38,664 nucleotides of DNA from Candidatus Falkowbacteria bacterium (GTDB lineage Bacteria > Patescibacteriota > Patescibacteriia > Patescibacteriales > Patescibacteriaceae). The stretch is from NCBI GenBank assembly GCA_037130845.1, contig JBAXSE010000013.1, positions 1 through 38,664 of the forward strand, read 5' to 3'. Shown one piece after another: positions 8,959 to 17,792 of the stretch. The stretch's first letter is position 1; each line of letters begins with the position of its first letter. The position numbers and the translations under genes were made by a program. The notes under the pieces are model-generated. The model had not been told where the DNA came from, did not search any database, and was given only the letters and a program-made list of their open reading frames with translations.

Positions 8959-9258
8959 GTGGCAAATGATATTTACTACATCGCCGGCATCTTGCTGGCG
9001 CTCAACCTGATCGCCTTCGCGGCGATGATGGTAGACAAGATCAAGTCGGCCAAGACAGGCAAGCGGCGCATTTCCGAAGGCATGCTGTTCTTTATGGCAA
9101 CGCTCTTCGGCAGCGTCGGCGTCTATGCCGGCATGTTCGCCTTCCGCCACAAGACCAGGAAATGGTATTTTTTGATCGGCATTCCGCTCTTGATGATCGA
9201 GAACGCCGCCTTGCTCTATCTGCTTTATTTATTTTTGAGTGGAACGGTTATTTGGTAA
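8959..9258 (+). CDS. DUF1294-family small membrane protein
   Basis: GTG start; motif DK..A..G.RRISE..L...A..GGS.GV.AGM.AFRHKTRK. Confidence 0.65.
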   Translation: MANDIYYIAGILLALNLIAFAAMMVDKIKSAKTGKRRISEGMLFFMATLFGSVGVYAGMFAFRHKTRKWYFLIGIPLLMIENAALLYLLYLFLSGTVIW

Positions 9259-9278
9259 TATTCTATGGACTAGAGGCG

Positions 9279-9306
9279 CCCAAGCAAAGGCGTCTTTTTT
9301 GTTAAA
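9279..9306 (+). terminator. rho-independent terminator
   Basis: AGGCGCC-caagcaaa-GGCGTCT + TTTTTTG. Confidence 0.55.
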
Positions 9307-9432
9307 CTTAGGCTTTTTTAGCCAAGGTGGAACATTTGACAAAGCGCCGATATAATACTATTTTAAGCATGTTCTTTGAAAAATAAATATAATTAAGAAA
9401 ACATAAATTTAAGATAAATTTTGGAGGTAGTC

Positions 9433-9876
9433 ATGTATTACGTATTCGTCGGAGTGGTGGTTGTATCCGGTGTATTCTACCACATATCACAAAAAGAAGT
9501 GCCCAAGTCGGTTAACCCGATGGCGTCGTTGGCCTTTAGCTATATCATAGCTTTGATTGGTTCTATAATTCTTTTGCCGGTTGTCTCCAGATTATCAGAA
9601 GCAAGTAAGTCTTTGAATCTGGACAAATTGACGCAGGCGGTAAATTGGCCCAGTTTCTTTGTCGGGGTCACGATAATCGGTATAGAAATCGGCGTAATGA
9701 TGGCCTATCGTTATGGCGGTAAGATGAATAATACGTCGTTGATTATTTATTCGACGATTGCGGCTGTTTTGTTTTTGGTAGGAGTCTATCATTATAATGA
9801 AACAATCTCCTGGCAAAAATTATTTGGCGCAGTATTATGTTTTGTCGGCCTCGTAGTAATGGCGTTAAGTAAATAA
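9433..9876 (+). CDS. small integral membrane protein (4 predicted TM helices)
   Basis: GGAGG at 9423-9427 then ATG 9433; hydrophobic throughout. Confidence 0.6.
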   Translation: MYYVFVGVVVVSGVFYHISQKEVPKSVNPMASLAFSYIIALIGSIILLPVVSRLSEASKSLNLDKLTQAVNWPSFFVGVTIIGIEIGVMMAYRYGGKMNNTSLIIYSTIAAVLFLVGVYHYNETISWQKLFGAVLCFVGLVVMALSK

Positions 9877-9898
9877 AGATCACGTTCAAATAATGTTT

Positions 9899-9930
9899 AG
9901 CCCCTAGAAATAGGGGCTTTATTTTATTTT
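9899..9930 (+). terminator. rho-independent terminator
   Basis: AGCCCCTA-gaaa-TAGGGGCT followed by TTATTTTATTTT. Confidence 0.75.
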
Positions 9931-10083
9931 GGCTTATGTTAGCCAAATTCAGAGAGAGCCAACCTCGATTGACAAAAGGCCCGGAAAGTCCTAGATTAAA
10001 GAGTTAAATGCACCTTAACAACAAAAAATCCTTAACCATAAATAAAATATTGGCAATTTGTATAACTATTTCGGAGATTAATA

Positions 10084-11499
10084 ATGGCAGAAGGCAACAA
10101 AGCCAAGGGCATAGTCAAACCTGAGCGTCCGGGAGGATTCCTGGATTTTTTACCGGCCGATTATCTGGCGCGGGAAAGAATCTTTGGCATCATAGCAAAA
10201 GTTTTCCGGTCTTATGGCTACGATCCGATCGAAACACCGATGGTGGAATTTGCAAAATCCCTTGTCGGCGAAGACGAAACATCGAAAAATATATTCTATA
10301 TTTCCAACAAGAATAAGAATATGACGCAAGAAGGGCAGTTGGGTTTGCGTTTTGACCACACTGTACCCTTTGCCAGATTGTTAGCGGCTAATCCATACAA
10401 CGCCGACACTAAAGAAGGCATTAAACTGCCTTGGCGCCGTATGGTGGTTGGTCCGGTGTTCAGGGGCGAAAGTCCGCAGAAAGGGCGTTACCGCCAGTTC
10501 TATCAATTCGATGTCGATATAGTCGGAGTTTCTTCCATGATGGCAGATGCTGAGATTGTGGCTATAATCTATGAAACTCTGACAGCTTTAGGGCTTGATG
10601 ATTTTGTAATCAAGATTAATAATCGCAAGTTATTAAATGGCTTGGCGGAATTATTGGATGTCCACGATAGGGCGGAAGTAAATCGAGATGATATTACCAA
10701 GGCTATTTTTAGAATCTTGGATAAATTGGATAAAATCGGCCTGGATCAGGTATTGTTTGAATTAACGCAAGAGCCTGACAGCATCTTCGATCCGGCGCCT
10801 AATTTATCGTCAGAGGCTGGAGAAAAGATCAAATCTTTTATTAATATCGATGGTGACAACTACGAGAAATTAATAAAAGCTAAAACAGTCTTTGCGGGTC
10901 TAAGTATCGCCGAAGACGGCATAAAGGAATTAGAGCAGATCTTAGGATTTACAGCTGATCTCGGCGTTCCGAGCGATAAGGTGTTAGTTGACTTTGGCGT
11001 TGCTCGCGGGCTGGATTATTATACCGGTCCGGTGATGGAGACAAGTTTGCTGACTGCGCCGGAATTCGGCAGTGTTTTCTCGGGAGGCCGTTACAACAAT
11101 CTGATGGAACGTTTTACAGGACAAGAATTGCCCGCGGTCGGCGCGTCTATCGGAGTCGATAGATTATTTGCCGCCTTAAGGCAGCTTGGTTTGTTGGACG
11201 TTAGTCGGGCTACCATTACCGATGTTTTGGTAATGCGCATTGCGGACAATCTTGATAGTGAATATCTGGAAATCGCCAAGATAATCAGGCGCTGTGGCCT
11301 GAATACGGAGGTTTCTATGCTTGAAGACAGGACTTTTAAGGCTCAATTCAATTTTGCGTTGGGTCGTGGCGTTAAATACGCCATTATTTACGGAGAAAAT
11401 GAATCAATCAAGCGCACAATCCAGATTAAGAATCTAAGCACTCGAAAACAGACAGAAATTAATTTTTCCGATTTGGAAATATATTTTAATAATATTTAA
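10084..11499 (+). CDS. hisS: histidyl-tRNA synthetase
   Basis: class II aaRS motifs RFDHTVPFAR, ESPQKGRYRQFYQ (identical core to E. coli HisRS), GGRYNNL, plus C-terminal anticodon-binding domain. Confidence 0.9.
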   Translation: MAEGNKAKGIVKPERPGGFLDFLPADYLARERIFGIIAKVFRSYGYDPIETPMVEFAKSLVGEDETSKNIFYISNKNKNMTQEGQLGLRFDHTVPFARLLAANPYNADTKEGIKLPWRRMVVGPVFRGESPQKGRYRQFYQFDVDIVGVSSMMADAEIVAIIYETLTALGLDDFVIKINNRKLLNGLAELLDVHDRAEVNRDDITKAIFRILDKLDKIGLDQVLFELTQEPDSIFDPAPNLSSEAGEKIKSFINIDGDNYEKLIKAKTVFAGLSIAEDGIKELEQILGFTADLGVPSDKVLVDFGVARGLDYYTGPVMETSLLTAPEFGSVFSGGRYNNLMERFTGQELPAVGASIGVDRLFAALRQLGLLDVSRATITDVLVMRIADNLDSEYLEIAKIIRRCGLNTEVSMLEDRTFKAQFNFALGRGVKYAIIYGENESIKRTIQIKNLSTRKQTEINFSDLEIYFNNI

Positions 11500-11513
11500 T
11501 TTAGGAGTCAGAC

Positions 11514-13169
11514 ATGGAAAGGACTATTAGTCTAGATGGTCGCACTTTAACGCTGCAAGACGTTGTCTTGATAGCTCGCGGCTATCGCGGCCAAGACGGA
11601 CATCAACATTATCCATATGTTGAGTTATCCGAACAAGCACAAGCAGATATTGGCAGTTTTCGCCACGGCCTTGATCTTCGGATCGCGGCTGGCGATATTA
11701 TCTACGGTGTCAATACCGGTTGCGGTGTCAAGAAAGGCACTATCATTGATCAGAAAGAGATCGATGCCTATCAGGCTCATTATATTCCGGCGCATTGTGT
11801 CGGTTATGGCGAACCTTTTGATGAAGAAATTGTCAGAGCCGCTCTTGTTTTGCGGGTCAACTCTTTCGCCTTGGGAAATTCCGGAATCAGGCTGGAAACC
11901 TGCAATAAATTGTTGGAAATCTACAACAAGGGCGTGATTCCCTTTGTACCCGAACAGGGTTCGGTGGGCTCCAGCGGTGATTTGTGCCCGTTGGCTCATG
12001 TTGCGGCAGTCATTACTGGCGTCGAAGGACAACAAGCATTCTACCACGGCAAATTGATGCAAGCGGCAGAAGCTTTGTCGCTTGCCGGCATCGATCCGAT
12101 AGTATTAAAAGCCAAAGAAGCGATGGGCTTGACTAACGGCGCAACCTTAACTTTAGCCATGGGCTTGCTTGCTATTCATGATAGCAAAAAATTAATAGCG
12201 TATTCCCATATGGCGGCAGCATTGTCGCTTGAGGCGATCCGCGGTGAAAAAAACGCCTTTGACCCCAGAATCCACGAGGCCAGAAAGAACCAGCATAGCG
12301 CCAGAGTAGCGAAAATCATTCGTGACCTGACCAGCGGTTCAGACCGCATGACTACGTCAGCTAGAGATGTCTGTTTGACGGATGAGAAGAAATCGAAGAA
12401 ATATCAGGACGATGCTAAATCAAGGCCGACTCCTCGGGTCCAGGATGCCTATTCTTTCCGCGCCTATGCCCAGGTGGCAGGACCGGTGGTTAAAGCATTC
12501 GAGTATGCCGAAGAAGTCTTTTTGTCGGAAATGAATGCAGCTACAGATAATCCATTGATCTTTAAGAGCGGATTCGGGGAGAATGAAAGGTTTGAAGCGA
12601 TATCCGGTGGCAATTTTCATGGCGAACCGTTGGGTCAAGCAGCTGATTTTCTTAAGATTGCCATCCAGCAGTTGGCCAACATTTCCGATCGGCGTTTCTA
12701 TGCCTTGACGATGTCCACGACCAGCTATGGCTTGCCGGATGATTTGGCTGGAGCAATTAATCGCGATCTGAATACGGGATTAATGATCCTCCAATACACG
12801 ACAGCTGCTTTGGTATCAGAGAATAAAGCATTATGTTATCCTTCGGTTATCGATTCTATTCCGACTTCTGCAAACCAAGAAGATTATGTCAGTATGTCAA
12901 CTATCGGCGCGCGTAATCTGCGCAAGGTGATAAAAAATACTTATGGCGTTATCGGTGCCGAATTATTGGCTGCTGCCCAGGGCATATCACTGACCGAAGA
13001 CCAGCTAAGGCCGCTCGAGCTTGATGGCTTGGGAAGAGAAACTACCTTTGTTTATAAGAAGGTCCGCCAGGTAGTCGCCGCAATGTATGAAGATCGTTAT
13101 ATCCACAAAGATTTCAAGGCTTTGGTCGATTTCATGATAAAGTCTGATCCTCAGGATTTCTTACCATAG
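11514..13169 (+). CDS. hutH: MIO-dependent aromatic amino-acid ammonia-lyase family (histidine ammonia-lyase-like)
   Basis: GSVGSSGDLCPLAH (MIO-forming triad region, here Ser-Ser-Gly), NTG.G, overall HAL/PAL architecture; contains an extra charged insert EKKSKKYQDDAKSRPTPR. Confidence 0.75.
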   Translation: MERTISLDGRTLTLQDVVLIARGYRGQDGHQHYPYVELSEQAQADIGSFRHGLDLRIAAGDIIYGVNTGCGVKKGTIIDQKEIDAYQAHYIPAHCVGYGEPFDEEIVRAALVLRVNSFALGNSGIRLETCNKLLEIYNKGVIPFVPEQGSVGSSGDLCPLAHVAAVITGVEGQQAFYHGKLMQAAEALSLAGIDPIVLKAKEAMGLTNGATLTLAMGLLAIHDSKKLIAYSHMAAALSLEAIRGEKNAFDPRIHEARKNQHSARVAKIIRDLTSGSDRMTTSARDVCLTDEKKSKKYQDDAKSRPTPRVQDAYSFRAYAQVAGPVVKAFEYAEEVFLSEMNAATDNPLIFKSGFGENERFEAISGGNFHGEPLGQAADFLKIAIQQLANISDRRFYALTMSTTSYGLPDDLAGAINRDLNTGLMILQYTTAALVSENKALCYPSVIDSIPTSANQEDYVSMSTIGARNLRKVIKNTYGVIGAELLAAAQGISLTEDQLRPLELDGLGRETTFVYKKVRQVVAAMYEDRYIHKDFKALVDFMIKSDPQDFLP

Positions 13170-13184
13170 TTCTGTATAGCTATC

Positions 13185-13220
13185 TTGCCGACCTTCGGAC
13201 CTGGGTCGGCTTTTTTTTGG
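13185..13220 (+). terminator. rho-independent terminator
   Basis: GCCGACC-ttcggacctgg-GTCGGC + TTTTTTTT. Confidence 0.7.
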
Positions 13221-13251
13221 CTATTCGTAGTAAAATTGGATTGGCTGGCAT

Positions 13252-13286
13252 TTGACAAAACTAGGAATCATGCTAGAATATTGAAC
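13252..13286 (+). promoter_or_regulatory. sigma70-like promoter TTGACA-16-TAGAAT
   Basis: ttgacaaaactaggaatcatgctagaat upstream of ORF 13327. Confidence 0.5.
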
Positions 13287-13326
13287 AAAATAAAAATATC
13301 AGTTCATTAATAAAAAGGGTTAAAAG

Positions 13327-13995
13327 ATGCAAAAAAATACCTGCACTTATAGGAAAATAAATAACCTTGATAATGCCGCAGAAGCTGAAAAGTTAGCGCG
13401 TTGCTATCAGGAGGTTTTTGCCGGTTATCCTTGGAATGAATACAAGAAATGCCCTGATTGCGGGGTGAGGTGGGGCAAAGAAGATGCGCCGGAAGATGGA
13501 CGTTGTTCAAAATGTGATGCTACTCCCGTTCTTGTTGATTTCTGGGCGAAGGAGGATGTTATAAATGATTTCCAAAAACAATTACAAAGCTCCAGCGGCG
13601 TGTTGTGTGTTGCGGTTAATTCCAGAGACGAGATTACGGGTTTCTGTTCCGGTTACGAAACTACTCCCGAAGAATTGGAAAAGCATTTGCAGCTTCCTGA
13701 ATTGGCCAAATGGTTGCGTTGTTATTTTCCCAATGGTGTTAGATTCGGTTATCAAGATGAGATCGGCGTTCTCGATTCGTATCGAGGGCAGAAGATTGCT
13801 ACCGAACTTTTCAAGAAAAGAATGGAAGATTTTAAGGCAAGTGGTTTGGATATAGCTGTATTAAGAACCAAGACTATGCCTCCGACCATAACCTTTAAAT
13901 GGTACCCTCGATTGGGTTATAGTGTCATCCAATGTTATCATGATGATGATTGCCGTGTAATTATGGCGACAGAAATCAAGAGTATTCAGTTGTAG
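13327..13995 (+). CDS. GNAT-family N-acetyltransferase with an embedded CxxC...CxxC zinc ribbon
   Basis: GNAT motif A GVLDSYRGQKIATELF; insert CPDCG...CSKCD. Confidence 0.6.
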   Translation: MQKNTCTYRKINNLDNAAEAEKLARCYQEVFAGYPWNEYKKCPDCGVRWGKEDAPEDGRCSKCDATPVLVDFWAKEDVINDFQKQLQSSSGVLCVAVNSRDEITGFCSGYETTPEELEKHLQLPELAKWLRCYFPNGVRFGYQDEIGVLDSYRGQKIATELFKKRMEDFKASGLDIAVLRTKTMPPTITFKWYPRLGYSVIQCYHDDDCRVIMATEIKSIQL

Positions 13996-14019
13996 AACAG
14001 TTGAGCTTTACATGCCGAT

Positions 14020-14094
14020 GGACGCGTAGCTCAGTTGGCCCAGAGCAATGGATTGTGGCTCCATTTGTCACGGGTTCGATTCCCGTCGCGTCCA
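14020..14094 (+). tRNA. tRNA-His (anticodon GTG), discriminator A73, no genomically encoded G-1, no encoded CCA
   Basis: manual cloverleaf: acceptor GGACGCG/CGCGTCC 7 bp, D-stem GCTC/GAGC, anticodon stem ATGGA/TCCAT with loop TTGTGGC, T-arm ACGGG-TTCGATT-CCCGT. Confidence 0.85.
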
Positions 14095-14097
14095 CGA

Positions 14098-14130
14098 ACG
14101 GCAATTATAATGATTGCCGTTTTTTATTTA
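14098..14130 (+). terminator. rho-independent terminator after the tRNA
   Basis: ACGGCAAT-tataatg-ATTGCCGT + TTTTTATTT. Confidence 0.65.
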
Positions 14131-14162
14131 CAAAAATGTCAGTTTGAGTCAGAATAGGATAT

Positions 14163-14975
14163 ATGAAATATGATGAGACGATAATTAAGATATCGGGCGC
14201 TAAGCCGGGCAAGACGCTGGCTGTTTTTGCCGGTGTCCATGGCAATGAAACCACGGGCATCAAGGCTCTTAAGCAAGTCGTAAAAAACATTAAAATAGAC
14301 GCTGGTACAGTATATTTTGTTTTGGCTAATCCGGAGGCGATTGGAAAGAATGTCAGGCAAGTTGATAAGAATTTAAATCGATGCTTTTTTCTCGGCAATA
14401 AAGGCAGGACGGCAGAGGATAAGCGCGCTAGAGAGCTGATGAAGCTGTTGGATAAATGCGAAGCGTTGTTAGATTTGCATGCCAGTAACAACCCCAATTC
14501 AATACCGTTCATCATCTGTGAAAAACACGCATTTCAAGCTGCCAGCATCTTTGATTTCAAAATTGTATCACATGGCTGGGATGCTTTTGAGCCCGGCGCG
14601 ACTGATGGCTACATGAATACTCAGCGCAAAATAGCCTTGTGTCTGGAGTGCGGTTCTGTACACGATAATAACGAACCATTAGCCGTTAAATCAATTATGC
14701 AGTTTCTTAAATTTTTTGGCGCAATTAAAGATGCAACTGTTAAGTATAATCATAAGAAACAAAAAATGATTAAGATTGTCAAAGCCGGTTATAAGAAATC
14801 GGAGCAGCTTGCCTTTGCCAAAAATTATAATGATTTTGCCAAGTTAAAACCCGGAGAAATATACGCCACGGATGGACCGAATAAATATAAAGCGGGGACG
14901 AACCAATGCATTATCTTTCCAAATATAAATAAAAAAATTGGCGAAGAAATATTCTTGATTGGCAGAACGATGTAA
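14163..14975 (+). CDS. succinylglutamate desuccinylase / aspartoacylase (AstE/AspA) family zinc deacylase
   Basis: diagnostic GVHGNE zinc-binding motif near N-terminus, LDLH, second His/Glu cluster. Confidence 0.65.
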   Translation: MKYDETIIKISGAKPGKTLAVFAGVHGNETTGIKALKQVVKNIKIDAGTVYFVLANPEAIGKNVRQVDKNLNRCFFLGNKGRTAEDKRARELMKLLDKCEALLDLHASNNPNSIPFIICEKHAFQAASIFDFKIVSHGWDAFEPGATDGYMNTQRKIALCLECGSVHDNNEPLAVKSIMQFLKFFGAIKDATVKYNHKKQKMIKIVKAGYKKSEQLAFAKNYNDFAKLKPGEIYATDGPNKYKAGTNQCIIFPNINKKIGEEIFLIGRTM

Positions 14976-15035
14976 TGATGATTTTGACTGGTGTTATTTT
15001 CTGTGATTTGCTAAGATTGGTTATGGAATTTAATT

Positions 15036-16115
15036 ATGACTATTACAACTTTTAATAAGGCCTTGTTATTGATTGCCGTCTGCTTGTTGCTGGCGGTATT
15101 TTTGCCTTCTGCCCACGCGGTGCATGCGCAGGTCGCCAGTGATAATGTTACGGCTGCCGGCTTTCAGGCCGATTTGGAGCTGGGCGACGAGGGGGCGGAT
15201 GTGTTGGCTTTGCAGAAGCTGCTAATCAAATCGGGGTATCTGAAGATTACCAAGCCGAGCCCTGTCTATGGTTACAAGCCTAACGGCTACTATGGCGAGC
15301 AGACCAAGGCGGCTGTGGCTAAGTGGCAGAAGTCCAAGGGCATTAAGGCCTCTGGCGTCTTTGGCCCTATTTCGCGCGCCAAGGCTAACCTGGGCTATCT
15401 GGCGATTGCCAATAGGGAAACCGCGGCTACTTCCAGCGGCACCAGCACACCCGCAGTCAGCAACGGCCGCCTTATAGCGGCTAATACTTGCACTGCTTGG
15501 ACATACACCGATTGGTCGGCGTGTTCGTCCTGGGGCAACCAGACGCGCAGTATTGTCTTTGCTTATCCGTCCGGTTGCGCAGGCGGCGCCTTTGTGTTGG
15601 CGCAGGCTTGCGGTGCTAATGCGACTTCTACCGCTACTTCAACCGCGGAGACTGTTGTTGTAAGCGCGCAGCCTTCGATCGGCACTTTTCATCCTAGCCA
15701 GCAAAGTTTAACCTTGGATGATCGCTTGTTAAGCGTTGCTTTTTCCGAAAATGGGCTCAAGGTCGGTTTGACCTGCAAGCCTTGGGTCAGCAAGGTAGTG
15801 GCTGTGGCTACCGACCAGACTCTTGCCTTGCCCACGACCAGTGATAATAATTATACTTGGAAAAACAATGCCAATGGCCGAGTACAGACCAGGGATCACT
15901 CTATACAGAACACCGGCCGCGGTGACATTATCCAGATGAACATGCTGAAGAATGATCTGCCGCATACGGCGATTGTAGTGTCTGCTACACCTGCAGGCAT
16001 GGTTTGGATCCATAGCAATTGGCAGACCAAGAAGACTGTCAGCGTCGACTTTATCACCTATGCATATTTTAATGCCACCTTCGGTCCGGATTATTCCGTC
16101 TATCATCTCCAGTAG
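15036..16115 (+). CDS. secreted peptidoglycan-binding (PG_binding_1-like) protein with C-terminal CHAP/NlpC-like Cys-His domain
   Basis: signal peptide LLLIAVCLLLAVFLPSAHA; PG-binding repeat GDEGADVLALQKLL...YGEQTKAAVAKWQ; C-terminal LTCKPWVSKV...HTAIVV. Confidence 0.55.
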   Translation: MTITTFNKALLLIAVCLLLAVFLPSAHAVHAQVASDNVTAAGFQADLELGDEGADVLALQKLLIKSGYLKITKPSPVYGYKPNGYYGEQTKAAVAKWQKSKGIKASGVFGPISRAKANLGYLAIANRETAATSSGTSTPAVSNGRLIAANTCTAWTYTDWSACSSWGNQTRSIVFAYPSGCAGGAFVLAQACGANATSTATSTAETVVVSAQPSIGTFHPSQQSLTLDDRLLSVAFSENGLKVGLTCKPWVSKVVAVATDQTLALPTTSDNNYTWKNNANGRVQTRDHSIQNTGRGDIIQMNMLKNDLPHTAIVVSATPAGMVWIHSNWQTKKTVSVDFITYAYFNATFGPDYSVYHLQ

Positions 16116-16138
16116 TCTCTGTAAATCTTAAGGGTATG

Positions 16139-16168
16139 AAAAAACTGACCGCTTGAGGGTCAGTTTTA
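16139..16168. terminator. bidirectional terminator between convergent genes
   Basis: AAAACTGACC-gcttgag-GGTCAGTTTT (A-run 5', T-run 3'). Confidence 0.7.
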
Positions 16169-16174
16169 TTAATT

Positions 16175-17494
16175 CTAATTCAAATGAATGTTGCTTGATG
16201 CCGCTTTGGCAGCAGTTGCGGTGGGCGATAAGAATCCGTGGACTCTTTTGTAATGCCTAAAGACATTTTCGAATTTTATTTTTTGCAAATGAGTAATTTG
16301 TGCAAACATATAATCTTCGGTTATCTGTCCCAGGTCAACCTGTGTTTGCAGATTGGCCAGGCAATACGGACAAAGCCGTTCTTCATCGCCATCGATTTCG
16401 TCGTCTGTCCCGTTGAGCTGTCTGAGTTGATTGATTTCCTCGACGGTTTTGGGCCATAGCTTGAGAGCCTGCAGCTGTTCTTCGTTAGCTTTCTTTTTCC
16501 TTAGCGCCAGCACTTTCTTTTTGGCTTCCAATTCGTAGCCTTGGATTTCCAGGTCAACCCTTTCTTTTTCTATCCTTAGCAATTCCTTTTCTTTGGCTAG
16601 TTGCAGGTCGGCTTTGCGCTGTTCTTCCAGTAGGTCGGCTTGCGCTTTAGCTGCCAGATCATCAGCTAATTTTTGTTTAGCTTTTTTGTCGGCTGCTTCT
16701 TTTGATTTCTTTGCGTCAGCAATTTGTTTGAGTTCTAGCTTTTCAGCTTCCTCCTTTAACTTTTTTGCATCCGTAAGCTGTTTGAGTTTAAGTTTTTCCG
16801 CTTTCTGGACTGCTGCCATATTATCGGCTGCTTTCTTTTCTTCAGCCTGTTTGGCTTTTTCAATCGCCTTGTTCTTGTCGGCAATTACCTTTAGCCTGGC
16901 CGTCTCTGTGTCTTTTTCTTGTTTGGCAAGCCAAACCAATTGCTGATTGTTCGCTTTGACCAGCCATTGTTCATCTTTAATCCTGTCTCGAACAGTTTTT
17001 TTGAGCCGATAGCTGATGGCAGCGCGTTTGATTTTTTTAACCAGGGCAATTAGTAGAAAAATACTAATGACGATTAAGGCGAAGATGATGGCAATTTTCA
17101 CTGTTCCACTCGGCAAATTGTCTAGTATGGATTTTGATTTGGCCGTTGAAGTATTTAGGTCAACGGCTTGGTAGGTGACTTTGAGTGCGGATTTGTCATC
17201 CTCTTCAATGTCGCCAATTGTAACCTTGGCGCCAAGCTTGGATAGTTTTTCGCCGAATTCTTCCGCCTTTTTCAAGGCTTCTGCTTTTTCTCTTTTTGAG
17301 GCATAGCAGCCGGTGATTTGAACCAGTATTTCCTGGTCTTTGTCAAAGGCTTTTTCTATCCTTTTTTGCCAATCGGTCATCGTTTGGTCCCAGTCTGTAT
17401 AGTCGGCCGGATAGCTGATTTTTTGTTCTTCGCCAGCCCATGCAACGCCGGCAGTTAGCAGAAAGGTAAATAAAATGATGAAAAAAGTTCTCAT
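16175..17494 (-). CDS. membrane-anchored, K/A/E-rich coiled-coil protein with C-terminal CxxC zinc-finger-like domain
   Basis: CAGGAG RBS 6 nt before ATG at 17494; signal/anchor MRTFFIILFTFLLTAGVAWA; TM IAIIFALIVISIFLLIAL; long low-complexity KAEEK/KLELKQ repeats; C-term CPYCLANL...C. Confidence 0.6.
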   Translation of the reverse strand: MRTFFIILFTFLLTAGVAWAGEEQKISYPADYTDWDQTMTDWQKRIEKAFDKDQEILVQITGCYASKREKAEALKKAEEFGEKLSKLGAKVTIGDIEEDDKSALKVTYQAVDLNTSTAKSKSILDNLPSGTVKIAIIFALIVISIFLLIALVKKIKRAAISYRLKKTVRDRIKDEQWLVKANNQQLVWLAKQEKDTETARLKVIADKNKAIEKAKQAEEKKAADNMAAVQKAEKLKLKQLTDAKKLKEEAEKLELKQIADAKKSKEAADKKAKQKLADDLAAKAQADLLEEQRKADLQLAKEKELLRIEKERVDLEIQGYELEAKKKVLALRKKKANEEQLQALKLWPKTVEEINQLRQLNGTDDEIDGDEERLCPYCLANLQTQVDLGQITEDYMFAQITHLQKIKFENVFRHYKRVHGFLSPTATAAKAASSNIHLN

Positions 17495-17605
17495 CGTAAC
17501 TCCTGTATCTTAGTTTGTAATGTACTTGTTTAAGGCTAAATTATAGCACATTTGTTGGTATTTGTCAATGATATGCTGAATTATATCTATTACATGCGTA
17601 ATATT

Positions 17606-17760
17606 AGCCCTTCGACGAGCTCAGGGCAGGCCAAATTTCTCTATTATTAGCTAAAAAAATATAAATTTTTGTAATAGATTACTAGCCTTGTTTTGTGCTT
17701 GGTATATCAAAAAAGCATGTCAAAAGACGAGAGGGCTTGCCCTGAGCATGTCGAAGGGTT
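17606..17760. repeat. about 26-bp imperfect inverted repeats flanking a roughly 100-bp AT-rich core (MITE-like or structured RNA)
   Basis: 17606-17632 AGCCCTTCGACGAGCTCAGGGCAGGCC vs reverse complement of 17733-17760 (GGGCTTGCCCTGAGCATGTCGAAGGGTT); 3 mismatches. Confidence 0.5.
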
Positions 17761-17792
17761 GACATTTACTATATTTTGTGTTATATTCTTCT
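17758..17792 (+). promoter_or_regulatory. sigma70-like promoter TTGACA-17-TATATT
   Basis: ttgacatttactatattttgtgttatatt; would give a roughly 460-nt leader before ORF 18251. Confidence 0.4.

Noticed and set aside
16593-16946. 117-aa plus-strand ORF rich in Ser/Ala/Cys
   Set aside because: Antisense shadow of the low-complexity K/A/E coiled-coil gene.
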